A stretch of DNA of 32,000 nt. Origin: Gemmata obscuriglobus (GTDB lineage: Bacteria > Planctomycetota > Planctomycetia > Gemmatales > Gemmataceae). Each line of letters begins with the position of its first letter. Positions within the stretch are counted from its first letter, which is position 1. Position numbers and translations under genes: made by a program. Shown here piece by piece: positions 23,657-31,997 of this stretch. Under the pieces are notes generated by a model. That model was not told the DNA's origin and ran no database searches. It saw nothing but the letters and a program-made list of their open reading frames with translations. The stretch lies in the NCBI RefSeq assembly GCF_008065095.1, contig NZ_CP042911.1, positions 8,250,001-8,282,000 of the forward strand, read 5' to 3'.

Positions 23657-23714
23657 AATCGCTTTGCACTACTACTACTTTCCGCGCCCCGCGGGCGGGT
23701 GCGGCCGGGGCGCC

Positions 23715-25964
23715 TCAGCCGCGCCCGCCGACGTACACGCCGCCCAGGAACCCGGCCGAGAACGACTCGAGCGCCTTGAGCCGCCCGCCGGTTTCGCCCT
23801 CGAACACCTGGATGCTGGGGCTCGCGCCGGCCCCGGTGCCGGTGACCAGGTCCGACAGCCCGTCGCCGTCCGCGTCGGCGACCGCGACCCGGACCCCGCC
23901 CGCCGAGCCCCCGACGAGGAAGCTGAGCCGCTCGGTGCGGGCCAGGGCGTCGAACACCTTCACGTGCCCGCCCGCCGCGGTGCCGGTCAGGATGTCGAGT
24001 TCGCCGTCGCCGTTCACGTCCCCGGCCGCCACGAACACGCCCCCGGTGTACCCGCTGTACGCGAAGAAGCTGCGGGTCTCGGTTCCGGCGGCCCCGTCGA
24101 ACACCTTCACGTGCCCGTTGCCGCCGGCCCCCGCGCCGGTGACGATGTCCGCGAACCCGTCGTTGTTCACGTCCCCGGCGGCCACGCTCACGCCGCCCAG
24201 GAACCCGCTGCCGAACGCGAAGAAGCTGCGGAGCAGCGCCCCGGTGGCCCCGTCGAACACCTTCACGTGGCCGCCCGCCGCCCCGGCCCCGGCCGCCGCC
24301 ACGATGTCGTCCACCCCGTCGCCGTTCACGTCGCCGGACGCGACCGCGACCGCCCCGTTGAACCCCGGGAACGCGAGGAAGCTGCGGACCTCGGCCCCGG
24401 TGGCCCCGTCGAACACCTTGATGTGCCCGTTGCCGCCCGCGCCGGCGGCGACGATGACGTCGTCGACGAAGTCCCCGGTCAGGTCCCCGACCGCGGTCTG
24501 CACCCCGCCGCGGAACGTCGGGGCGAACGCCACGATGTCGCGCACGGCCGCCCCGGTGGTCGCGTTGACCACCAGCACCCGCGGGTCGGCGCCCGCCCCG
24601 GCCCCGACGGCGACCAGGTCCGTCGGGCTGATCGCGTTCGGGAACGACTCCAGGTTGACCGGCAGGCTGGTCCGCGGCACGCCCGTGGCGCCGGCCGGGG
24701 TCGGCCCCGGCAGGGCCGCCGCCCCGCCCGGCGGGGACGAGGTGCCGCCGCCCGCCCGGTTGTCAGTGGCCGTCAGGATGCGCTGGTACGTGACCGCGAG
24801 CCCGAGGGGCACCGAGGCGTCGATCGTCGCCGTGGTTTCGAACGGCGTGCCGGTCCCCGCGCCCACCAGCGTCAGCGACGTGACGCCGGCCACCGGGACC
24901 GTCTGGTACACCTGGTTGTTGACCAGCAGTTCGAGGTTGGCGCCGGTGACCCGCACCAGGATCTGGTCGGCCGCCGCGTCCCGCCCGGCGACCTGGAACC
25001 GGAGGTCCAGCACCTGGGCCGCGGGCGACGCCGAGTTGGCGTCGATCCAGGTCTGGTGGAACGACAGCCGGGTGTCGTGCGAGAGGGTCCCGAACCCGGC
25101 CTCGACGGCCGGGTTCAGCCGGGCCGGGTTGTCCGGGTTCCCGACCCCGGGGCCGCTAGTGGTGGTCCCGGCGACGAACAGTTGCCCGTTCACCGTGACG
25201 AACACCGGGCCGCCCGAGTCGCCCTGCCCGGCGGTGCCCTCGTCCGGCAACCCGAGGTCGTTGATGCCGAGGATGCGGCCGAGCGCGTCGTTGGCGGCGA
25301 GGCCGTTGTCGAAGTCGTAGATCAGCGCCTGCGTGCCGCCGTAGTTGATCCGGTCGCCCAGCGTCTCGTACCGGTTCCGGGTCATCCGCTTGGTCAGGTC
25401 CTCGTTCGTCTGCTGGCCGGTGGTCCCGGTCCCGATCGTCCCGTACCCGACGATCGTGACCACCTGCCCGACCTCGTCGGACCCGCGGTAGATCGCGTAC
25501 CGCTCGGCCCCGAGCGTCCCCGTCGGCCCAGACGGGGCGAGCACCGGCAGCGTCACCACCGCCAGGTCGTTCTCGTTGCCGCCGGTGTACCCGGGGTGAA
25601 CGGTGACCCCGGCGACCGGCACGTCGATGTCGATGCGGCCAGCGGTCGGCATGTCGAACGACACGCGGGCCGCCGCGGTGATCCCGACGGTCCCGGTGCC
25701 CGGGGTGGTGAAGTTGTGCGCGGCCGTGAGGATGTGCCGCCCGTCGGGCAGCAGGAAGCCGGTGCCGGTGAACGTGTCCGCGCCGAACGTCGTGGTGATC
25801 AGCACCACGCCGTCGTACCCGGTCCCGGCGGCGACGAGCGGGGCCAAGCTGGTGTTGGCCAGCACCGGGGTGAAGCGCGGCTCCAACTCTTCGATCTGGA
25901 ATGCGGCGCGAAAAGGGCTGCTAATGGGCATCTGGGGGCTCTGCGGTGAATAAGAAAACGGCAC
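23715..25964 (-). CDS. trypsin-like (S1) serine protease domain fused to five or more FG-GAP/integrin-alpha-like repeats
   Basis: The catalytic triad contexts are present: His in HILTAAHNF, Asp in ENDLAVVTL and Ser in GQGDSGGPVFV. The C-terminal half consists of ~50-aa repeats GDVNGDGVDDIV..GAG..GHVKVFDGATG...RSFFAF. The N-terminus carries the planctomycete-type IEELEPRFTP motif. The start is GTG 25964 or ATG 25931. Confidence 0.85.
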   Translation of the reverse strand: MPFSYSPQSPQMPISSPFRAAFQIEELEPRFTPVLANTSLAPLVAAGTGYDGVVLITTTFGADTFTGTGFLLPDGRHILTAAHNFTTPGTGTVGITAAARVSFDMPTAGRIDIDVPVAGVTVHPGYTGGNENDLAVVTLPVLAPSGPTGTLGAERYAIYRGSDEVGQVVTIVGYGTIGTGTTGQQTNEDLTKRMTRNRYETLGDRINYGGTQALIYDFDNGLAANDALGRILGINDLGLPDEGTAGQGDSGGPVFVTVNGQLFVAGTTTSGPGVGNPDNPARLNPAVEAGFGTLSHDTRLSFHQTWIDANSASPAAQVLDLRFQVAGRDAAADQILVRVTGANLELLVNNQVYQTVPVAGVTSLTLVGAGTGTPFETTATIDASVPLGLAVTYQRILTATDNRAGGGTSSPPGGAAALPGPTPAGATGVPRTSLPVNLESFPNAISPTDLVAVGAGAGADPRVLVVNATTGAAVRDIVAFAPTFRGGVQTAVGDLTGDFVDDVIVAAGAGGNGHIKVFDGATGAEVRSFLAFPGFNGAVAVASGDVNGDGVDDIVAAAGAGAAGGHVKVFDGATGALLRSFFAFGSGFLGGVSVAAGDVNNDGFADIVTGAGAGGNGHVKVFDGAAGTETRSFFAYSGYTGGVFVAAGDVNGDGELDILTGTAAGGHVKVFDALARTERLSFLVGGSAGGVRVAVADADGDGLSDLVTGTGAGASPSIQVFEGETGGRLKALESFSAGFLGGVYVGGRG

Positions 25965-26621
25965 ATTTGGCAGCGTTTGGCAGTGAACCGGGATTTTATA
26001 GCAACTGAGTTGTTGCGGCGATAAGAGGGCTTAACGATCACATTAAAAGTATCGCCCGTGTATAACCGAGGTGACCGCCGAAACCCAATCGCGAATGCCC
26101 GAGTGCCTGTGCGCAACCGAGGTCTTGGCTCACGTGACAGTCGAGCTGGGCGCCGGCCCCAACCACGCGACGCCCGGCGAACCGCTGTTTGCGCCGCTCC
26201 GGCACCTGATTCTGGGTCCGCACCCAAGAAGAGTTCAGGCGTTTCGAGTTCCGAGTTCGCCACGCTCAGGTTTAATTGTGGTCCGTTAGCGGAGTGCAGA
26301 GGTATTATCACGGTTTGGGTTCGGTGCCGGTGGGTGCGGTGGGTATGGCGAGCGGCAGGAGCGGGTTCGTGGTCGGAATGGCTCGATTCGGGCTCATTTT
26401 GCCGCTGCCCCGTTACTCAGCGCGCCGCCGCGTCCAATCCGTGATAATATCTCAGCGCGCCGCGAGCGGTCGCTCCTCGCATCCGCTTCGCTCCGCGGGC
26501 TTGCCTGCCCCGGCGTTGCGCGCCCCGAGCGTCCGCTCACGGAGCGCAGAGGTCCGCACCCAACGCCCACTGCATAGGTACGCCATACCAACTCGAAACG
26601 ACTGGCTCCGGGTTGATACCG

Positions 26622-27116
26622 ATGTCTCGCCTCATGGATGCGCTGGAGCAGATCGACTTCGCCCGCCGCTACACCCGCGAGCGGGCGGTGAGCGTGCCGC
26701 CGGGCGACTGGTTCACGGTCACACCCGGGAGCGTGTCACACATCGCGTGGCAGGTCGGGCACCTCGCGTCGTCGGAATACCGGCTGTGCCTCGCGCGCCT
26801 GCGCCCGCGGACGGCCGCAGACGAGGCGCTCATTCCCGACGCGTTCATCGCGATGTTCGGGCGCGAGGCGCTGCCGGCGGCCGTCACCGGGTACACCGCG
26901 GAGCAAATCCTCACGGTCTTCGACGCCGTTCACGCCCGCGTGATGGAAGACCTGCCCGCGTACCCCGACGCGGACCTCGACCTCGCGCCGCTGGCCGCGC
27001 ACCCGCTGTTCGGCACCCGCCTCGGCGCCTTGCGCTACGCGCCGCTGCACGAGATGATCCACTGCGGGCAGGTCGCGCTGCTCCGCCGGATGCTGGGCCA
27101 CGCCCCGATCTGGTGA
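26622..27116 (+). CDS. DinB-family (DinB_2-like) four-helix-bundle protein
   Basis: MSRLMDALEQIDFARRYT...VSHIAWQVGHLASSEYR...PLHEMIHCGQVALLRRMLG shows the His-containing DinB signatures. The start is ATG 26622, or TTG 26613 as in the ORF track. Confidence 0.85.
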   Translation: MSRLMDALEQIDFARRYTRERAVSVPPGDWFTVTPGSVSHIAWQVGHLASSEYRLCLARLRPRTAADEALIPDAFIAMFGREALPAAVTGYTAEQILTVFDAVHARVMEDLPAYPDADLDLAPLAAHPLFGTRLGALRYAPLHEMIHCGQVALLRRMLGHAPIW

Positions 27117-27183
27117 ACCCGCCTGGCGCGGGTCCTATCCTGTCTGATGAACCCGCTACACCGCAGCCAAACGGAACAAGGTC

Positions 27184-28479
27184 ATGCTCGACGCCGGATT
27201 CATTTGCGACAACGCCGACGCCGTAAAGCTCAACTGCAAGAACCGCGGCGTGTCCGACGTGGCCGTCGACCGAGTAATCGCGTTCGAGCAGAAGCGCAAG
27301 GAACTGGAACGGACGCGCGGCGAGACCGCTGCCAAGAAGAACGAGATCAGCAAAAAGTTCCCGACTGCGAAGACGGCCGAAGAGAAACAGGCCCTCAAGG
27401 ACCAAGGCGCGGCCGTCGACAAAGAGGTCGGCGTCATCGACGCCGAACTGAAGATCGTCAAGGACGATCTGACGTTGAATCTGCTCCAGATCCCGAACAT
27501 GACGCACCCGGCGGCCCCCGTCGGCGGGGAGGACGCGAACAAGGTGGTGGCGCAGTTCGGCGAGCCGCGCGCGTTCGACTTCAAACCGAAGGACCACGTC
27601 GATTTGTGCGAGGCGCTCGACCTCGCCGACTTCGAGGCGGGCACCAAGGTCGCGGGCCAGAAGTTCTACTTCCTCAAGAACGAGGCCGCGCTGCTCGAAA
27701 TCGCCCTCGTGCAGTACGCGATGCAGACCGCGGTGAAGGCCGGCTACACGCCGATCATCACCCCGGACCTGGCCCGCGTCGAGGTGCTGGAAGGCATCGG
27801 GTTCATGCCCCGCGACCCGAACCCCGACACGCGCCAGGTGTACACGGTCGCGGACACCGACCTCTGCCTGATCGCGACGGCCGAAATCACCCTCGGCGGG
27901 ATGCACCGCGACCGCATCTTCGACGAGGCCGAGCTGCCGAAGCGGTACGTGGGGCTGTCGCACTGCTTCCGCACCGAGGCCGGCGCCGCCGGACGCGACA
28001 CGCGGGGGCTGTACCGGGTCCACCAGTTCACCAAGGTGGAGATGTTCGCGTTCTGCACGCCCGAGACCAGCGACGCGATCCACGAGGAGATCCGCGCCCT
28101 CGAAGAGAAGATCTTCCAGGGACTGGGGCTGTGCTTCCACGTGATCGACACCGCGACCGGCGACCTCGGCGGCCCGGCGTACCGCAAGTACGACCTGGAG
28201 GCGTGGATGCCCGGCCGCGGCACCGGCGGCGCGTACGGCGAGATCACCAGCACCTCGAACTGCACCGACTTCCAGGCCCGCCGGCTCGGCATCCGGTACA
28301 AGGGGAAGGGGTTCAAGGGGACCAAGTTCGCCCACACGCTCAACGGGACCGCCGTCGCGTGTACGCGGGCGCTGGTGGCGATCCTCGAGAACTACCAGCA
28401 AGCCGACGGGTCGGTGGTGATTCCGGAGGTGCTGCGGCCGTGGGTCGGGAAGGATAAGATCGAGCCGCGCAAGGCGTAA
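27184..28479 (+). CDS. serS: seryl-tRNA synthetase
   Basis: The ORF is 431 aa, with an N-terminal coiled-coil arm. The class II motifs are present: FRTEAGAAGRDTRGLYRVHQFTKVEMF, TSNCTDFQARRLGIRY and HTLNGTAVACTRALVAILENYQQADGSVVIPEVL. Confidence 0.97.
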   Translation: MLDAGFICDNADAVKLNCKNRGVSDVAVDRVIAFEQKRKELERTRGETAAKKNEISKKFPTAKTAEEKQALKDQGAAVDKEVGVIDAELKIVKDDLTLNLLQIPNMTHPAAPVGGEDANKVVAQFGEPRAFDFKPKDHVDLCEALDLADFEAGTKVAGQKFYFLKNEAALLEIALVQYAMQTAVKAGYTPIITPDLARVEVLEGIGFMPRDPNPDTRQVYTVADTDLCLIATAEITLGGMHRDRIFDEAELPKRYVGLSHCFRTEAGAAGRDTRGLYRVHQFTKVEMFAFCTPETSDAIHEEIRALEEKIFQGLGLCFHVIDTATGDLGGPAYRKYDLEAWMPGRGTGGAYGEITSTSNCTDFQARRLGIRYKGKGFKGTKFAHTLNGTAVACTRALVAILENYQQADGSVVIPEVLRPWVGKDKIEPRKA

Positions 28480-28536
28480 CACCAGTTGGTCTGGGTGGTC
28501 GCTCCGCGAACACATGCTTGTGCGGCACCGGACGAT

Positions 28537-28611
28537 AGTGGCACCCATTGTCTCGACCAAAAAGTTGTGATCCTTCGCGACTGTTTCGTCGGGGCCGTCG
28601 TGGCTCCGATG
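28537..28611 (-). mobile_element. relic of an IS3-family right end (terminal repeat plus last ~30 nt of orfB), ~89% identical to 31700-31771
   Basis: The sequence is AGTGGCACCCATTGTCTCGACCAAAAAGTTGTGATCCTTCGCGACTGTTTCGTCGGGGCCGTCGTGGCTCCG. The reverse complement of the resident IS3 end is AGTGGACCCCATTGTCTAGACCAAAAAGTTGCTATCCTTCGCTACTGTTTCGTCGGGGCCTTCGTGGCTCCG. I counted 8 mismatches in 72 by hand. Confidence 0.7.
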
Positions 28612-28616
28612 GTAGC

Positions 28617-28662
28617 GTCGCTTTTGTTGACCGGGCGGTCGCGGCTGGTCAACAAAAGCGAC
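28617..28662. other. 16-bp perfect-stem hairpin, 14-nt loop
   Basis: GTCGCTTTTGTTGACC (28617-28632) pairs with GGTCAACAAAAGCGAC (28647-28662). It sits immediately beside the IS3 relic, ~140 bp after the serS stop. Confidence 0.8.
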
Positions 28663-29211
28663 ACCCGTCGCGGGTTCATGTGTGAATGAGGAGAGCCGCA
28701 CGGACGTTCGCCGGGACCCAGGAACGCACGCCCGAGTGGCCCGTCGTGCGGATGTGCCGGGTACTGTAGGTGTCGCGGCACCGGGTTCGCTCTCGTCGCG
28801 GATTCTTTGCGTGGTCGCCGAGGCCGTCCGAATAGCCCCGGCGGGGCGTCTCTCGTCCAAAAAAGCTGAGCCCGCGTACCGAGCCGATTTCGTCACAACA
28901 ACATTTCCAGACGCATTTTGCGGCATACATCTTGGCTCACGTGAAAAGCCGCTCGCGGTCGGCCCGGGAGCGTTATCCGGGTTTTGAGGGCGCGGCCCGG
29001 TGGTAGCGGAGCACCAGCGGACGGGCAGCGAATGGCCCGCGGGGCGGTAGCTCGCGGCCCGTCGCCCGGCCCGTCCGGGGGTGCCGCTCGTGACGCGAGC
29101 GTACCCCCGTGACAGACCCGCGCGGGTGGGCCGCGGTCGCGTGATCCGCACGGCAACCGGTCCGGCCGTTCTCTATTAACCTGATGGCACCGAGCCCAAT
29201 CGGACCGGGTG

Positions 29212-29686
29212 TCATTCCGGGACGGTTTCGGCTTCACCGCCGGCGCGGGTGGCAAGCGAGGGAAGAATGTCGGCCGCGTGGTACGACAGGAACCGCACGC
29301 TCCCGTCGGCGAGCAGGAAGTGCGCACCGCCGGGGTGCAGCGACCAGAAGTGCATGACGCCGCAGGCGTCGTCGAGCTTGCGGGGCTGGAACCGGGCGCT
29401 CCCCGTTCCACAGTCGGGCAGGTCGGGGTAAAGACGGAAGCACTCACCGGAACCGGAATACAGGTCAAGACTTGTCATGCCGGCCCGAGTGACCGGGCAC
29501 TCGGAAGCTGAAGTTGGCCGCGATTCACGAGCGGTATGATCGGATATCGAGCAAGGCCGTTGAGACGCTGAACGTGTCCACGACGGAAACCCGTTCGATG
29601 CCGGTTCTGAACGTGACTCCATAACAGGCGTAGGTGTTGGCCGATGTAATCAAGGCGAACGCGCTGGAGTAAAGTACGAAGCCCAT
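29212..29686 (-). pseudogene. 5'-truncated, probably frameshifted DUF1559 / H-X9-DG paralog fragment
   Basis: The C-terminus is FWSLHPGGAHFLLADGSVRFLSYHAADILPSLATRAGGEAETVPE, with H-X9-DG and TRxGGE, and stop TGA 29212-29214. Upstream, a different frame holds ITSANTYACYG...TFSVSTALLDI, and the ITDGTSNT box is degenerate (ISDHTARE). There is no prepilin N-terminus. Confidence 0.55.
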
Positions 29687-29727
29687 GCTGATTCATGGCC
29701 ACGATGTTTAGAATGTGGAGGCCTGAA

Positions 29728-30539
29728 TTACTTCGGGAACTGCTTGAACGAGGAACCCACTTTCGCCGGTGCCGTCTTGATGTACGGTAACAGATTGTCG
29801 GGTTCGGTATCGGCGTACACTTTCACCGGCCCTGTTCCGTTAAAGATAATCAGAATATGGTGCCCCCCCTTCGTTGAGATGAAGCCTTGCCCTGTCTCGA
29901 CGTTTCTGTCTTTCGTAATGGTCACTCCCGTTCCGCCGCTCGTGCCGTAGTACCGGGAGTCAGTGTTACCGTCGTTCTCGTGCCGTTTCCGTCGTTCAGA
30001 TACAACCACCAGTTGAGGCTTGCGGACTGCGGTAAAAGAATCGCCGTTAATCGCGTTATAGAGGTCGGTAGAGTAGCACGATTCTAACCCATGGTGTGGA
30101 GCCATGAGGACCGTTAGCCCGTGCTTGCCCAGCAGTGACTTTAGCGAAGGCTGGCGTCCGGTCTTGGTGTGCCAGTCCATCGTTGAGGGCGAAACCGTGG
30201 CACCGAACCGGGTGTACCGCTTTTCCATGCCCTGCTTCTCGTCAAGTACGGTCGTCATGCCTTCCGGGGTCATGTCGCCAGGGAACAGAATCGAGTGGCT
30301 ACCATGCTTATAATAAAACATGATGCTGGTAGTGTTGCCGTACTTGTTGTCGTCCGAGGGGTGTAGGATTTCGCACACTGGCGGACGAACGTAGTAAAGT
30401 CCGTACTCCATGTTTGGTACGGTGAGGTTGCCATCGTACTTGATCGACTGGAGCGGCGGGTTGCGGCTGGCGTAGAGGGACTTGTAAGTTTCGATAAGTT
30501 CCTCGGTGCCTTCGGGGTTGCCGTGCCGGTCCCAATTAT
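29728..30539 (-). pseudogene. C-terminal part of a low-GC ComEC-like MBL-fold hydrolase gene interrupted by the IS3 element
   Basis: ...NWDRHGNPEGTEELIETYKSLYASRNPPLQSIKYDGNL...SILFPGDMTPEGM...GLTVLMAPHHGLESCY...HHILIIFNGTGPVKVYADTEPDNLL...FKQFPK runs to stop TAA 29728-30. My hand counts of 60-nt lines give about 45-55% G+C. Confidence 0.75.
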
Positions 30540-30601
30540 AGTGGACCCCGAAAACTGGACCGCCGGTTAAGCTATACCGGAGGCCCAGGAAAGGGGAACC
30601 C

Positions 30602-30889
30602 ATGGCGGGCAAGCGGAAGAGTCACTCGGCGGCGTTCAAGGCCCAGGTCGCGCTGGCGGCCCTCAAGGGCGACAAGACCATCAACGAACTGGCGAGTCAG
30701 CACGGCGTCCACCCGACCCTGATTCATGGGTGGAAGAAGCAGTTGCTCACCGGGGCCGAGGCCGTGTTCGCCTCGGGGGCGAAGGGCACCGGCCCCCCGG
30801 AAGACAAGACGACCGAGTTGTACGAGCAGATCGGCCGCCTCAAGGTGGAACTCGACTGGGTGAAAAAAAAATCGGCCGCCCTCGGCTGA
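30602..30889 (+). CDS. IS3-family transposase OrfA (helix-turn-helix)
   Basis: The translation is MAGKRKSHSAAFKAQVALAALKGDKTINELASQHGVHPTLIHGWKKQLLTGAEAVF...ELYEQIGRLKVELDWVKKKSAALG. It ends just after the A9 run at 30863-30871. Confidence 0.9.
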   Translation: MAGKRKSHSAAFKAQVALAALKGDKTINELASQHGVHPTLIHGWKKQLLTGAEAVFASGAKGTGPPEDKTTELYEQIGRLKVELDWVKKKSAALG

Positions 30890-31730
30890 GGCCAAGCGTG
30901 CCCGGATCGAGGCCGAGCACCCGGAGCTGAGCGTCCGGCGCCAGTGCGAGCTGATCGGATTGAACCGCTCGACGGTGTACTACGAGCCGACCCCGGAGAG
31001 CGCGGAGAACCTGACGCTGATGCGGTTGATCGACGAGCAGTACACGACGTGCCCGTTCTACGGGAGCCGGCGCCTGGCCGCGTGGCTGGGCACCCAGGGC
31101 CACGAGGTGAACCGCAAGCGGGTGCAGCGGCTGTTGCGGATCATGGGGTTGGAGGCCCTGTACCCCAAGCCCAAGCTGTCGGTCGGGTCCGGGCACAAGG
31201 TGTACCCGTACCTGTTGCGGGGCGTGGCCATCGACCGGGTCCATCAGGTGTGGAGCACGGACATCACGTACATCCCGATGCCCACCGGGTTCATGTACCT
31301 GGCCGCAACGATGGACTGGTTCAGCCGGTACGTGGTGGCCTGGCGACTGTCCAACACGTTGGACGGGTCATTCTGCCAGGACATGCTGGAGGAGGCCTTG
31401 GGCCGGGGCAAGCCGGAGGTGTTCAACACGGACCAGGGAGTCCAGTTCACGGCCGCCGCGTGGGTCGGGCGATTGGAGCGGGCCGGGGTCGCGGTGAGCA
31501 TGGACGGGCGGGGCCGGTGCCTGGACAACGTGTTCGTGGAGCGCCTGTGGCGGAGCGTCAAGTACGAGGACGTGTACCTCAAGGGTTACGAGTCGGTGCC
31601 GGCCCTGGAGAGTGGGCTCCGGGCGTACTTCGGGTTCTACAACACCGAGCGGTTACACCAGTCCCTGGACTACCGCACCCCGGCTCAGGTGTATGGCGTC
31701 GGAGCCACGAAGGCCCCGACGAAACAGTAG
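30864..31730 (+). CDS. IS3-family transposase OrfB (rve/DDE), in the +1 frame relative to orfA
   Basis: This frame is open from just after TGA 30861-30863: KKNRPPSAEAKRARIEAEHPELSVRRQCELIGLNRSTVYYEP... The DDE contexts are WSTDITYIPM, FNTDQGVQFTA and ERLWRSVKYE. The stop is TAG 31728-31730. The ORF track starts it at TTG 30960. Confidence 0.9.
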   Translation, partial: KKNRPPSAEAKRARIEAEHPELSVRRQCELIGLNRSTVYYEPTPESAENLTLMRLIDEQYTTCPFYGSRRLAAWLGTQGHEVNRKRVQRLLRIMGLEALYPKPKLSVGSGHKVYPYLLRGVAIDRVHQVWSTDITYIPMPTGFMYLAATMDWFSRYVVAWRLSNTLDGSFCQDMLEEALGRGKPEVFNTDQGVQFTAAAWVGRLERAGVAVSMDGRGRCLDNVFVERLWRSVKYEDVYLKGYESVPALESGLRAYFGFYNTERLHQSLDYRTPAQVYGVGATKAPTKQ

Positions 31731-31771
31731 CGAAGGATAGCAACTTTTTGGTCTAGACAATGGGGTCCACT

Positions 31772-31997
31772 GTAAATTGAACTTTTCGACGTCGGACTTG
31801 TCGTTCGGGCAAGTAATCAAGTGGGGGCGGAGCTCGGATTCCTTCAGCGACTCACAGTTCTTGATGTGGTCCTCGTGCGGGTGCGAGAGGACCACTTGGG
31901 CGATCCTGTTACCCTTCGCGTCCGGGTACCCGCTGAGTTCGGGGACGAATTCCTTCTTGATGAACTTCGAGATGTCGAAGTCGTATTCCGAACCCAT
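31772..31997 (-). pseudogene. N-terminal part of the IS-interrupted MBL-fold gene (may extend past the window edge)
   Basis: The translation is MGSEYDFDISKFIKKEFVPELSGYPDAKGNRIAQVVLSHPHEDHIKNCESLKESELRPHLITCPNDKSDVEKFNL. It contains the HxHxDH metal motif (SHPHEDH), and the frame is still open at position 32000. Confidence 0.7.

Larger units (their letters stand above)
30540..31771 (+). mobile_element. IS3-family insertion sequence (~1.23 kb)
   Basis: The terminal repeats are AGTGGACCCC (30540-30549) and GGGGTCCACT (31762-31771), extending imperfectly to ~22 bp. It carries orfA (HTH) and orfB (DDE/rve). Removing 30540-31771 joins the two MBL gene halves in frame. Confidence 0.9.

Noticed and set aside
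23715-24560. ~150-bp periodic DNA repeats.
   Set aside because: They are explained by the FG-GAP protein repeats of the protease-fusion gene. Divergence at third positions is consistent with coding repeats.
28760-28800. A tRNA-like T-loop fragment (GGTTCGCTC) near serS, and a wider search for tRNA, tmRNA or RNase P signatures.
   Set aside because: The flanks do not form a T-stem or a cloverleaf. I saw no GGTTCGAATCC-type T-arm with acceptor pairing anywhere in the window. A tRNAscan/Infernal run is still advisable.
29525-29686. A 53-codon ORF (MGFVLYSSAFALITSANTYACYGVTFRTGIERVSVVDTFSVSTALLDIRSYRS) with high third-position G+C (38 of 52 codons by hand count), just downstream of the MBL gene. 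I considered it as a small hydrophobic partner protein.
   Set aside because: Its text (SANTYACYG ... LLDI) lines up with internal DUF1559 blocks (SDYAGCQG ... ITDG) and runs into the DUF1559 C-terminal fragment in the next frame. It is more likely part of that pseudogene than a separate gene.
30535-31780. A target-site duplication for the IS3 element.
   Set aside because: No 3-5 bp direct repeat fits any plausible end definition. The flanks are ATTAT|AGTGG and CCACT|GTAAA. The insertion is still supported by the in-frame rejoining of the MBL gene halves.
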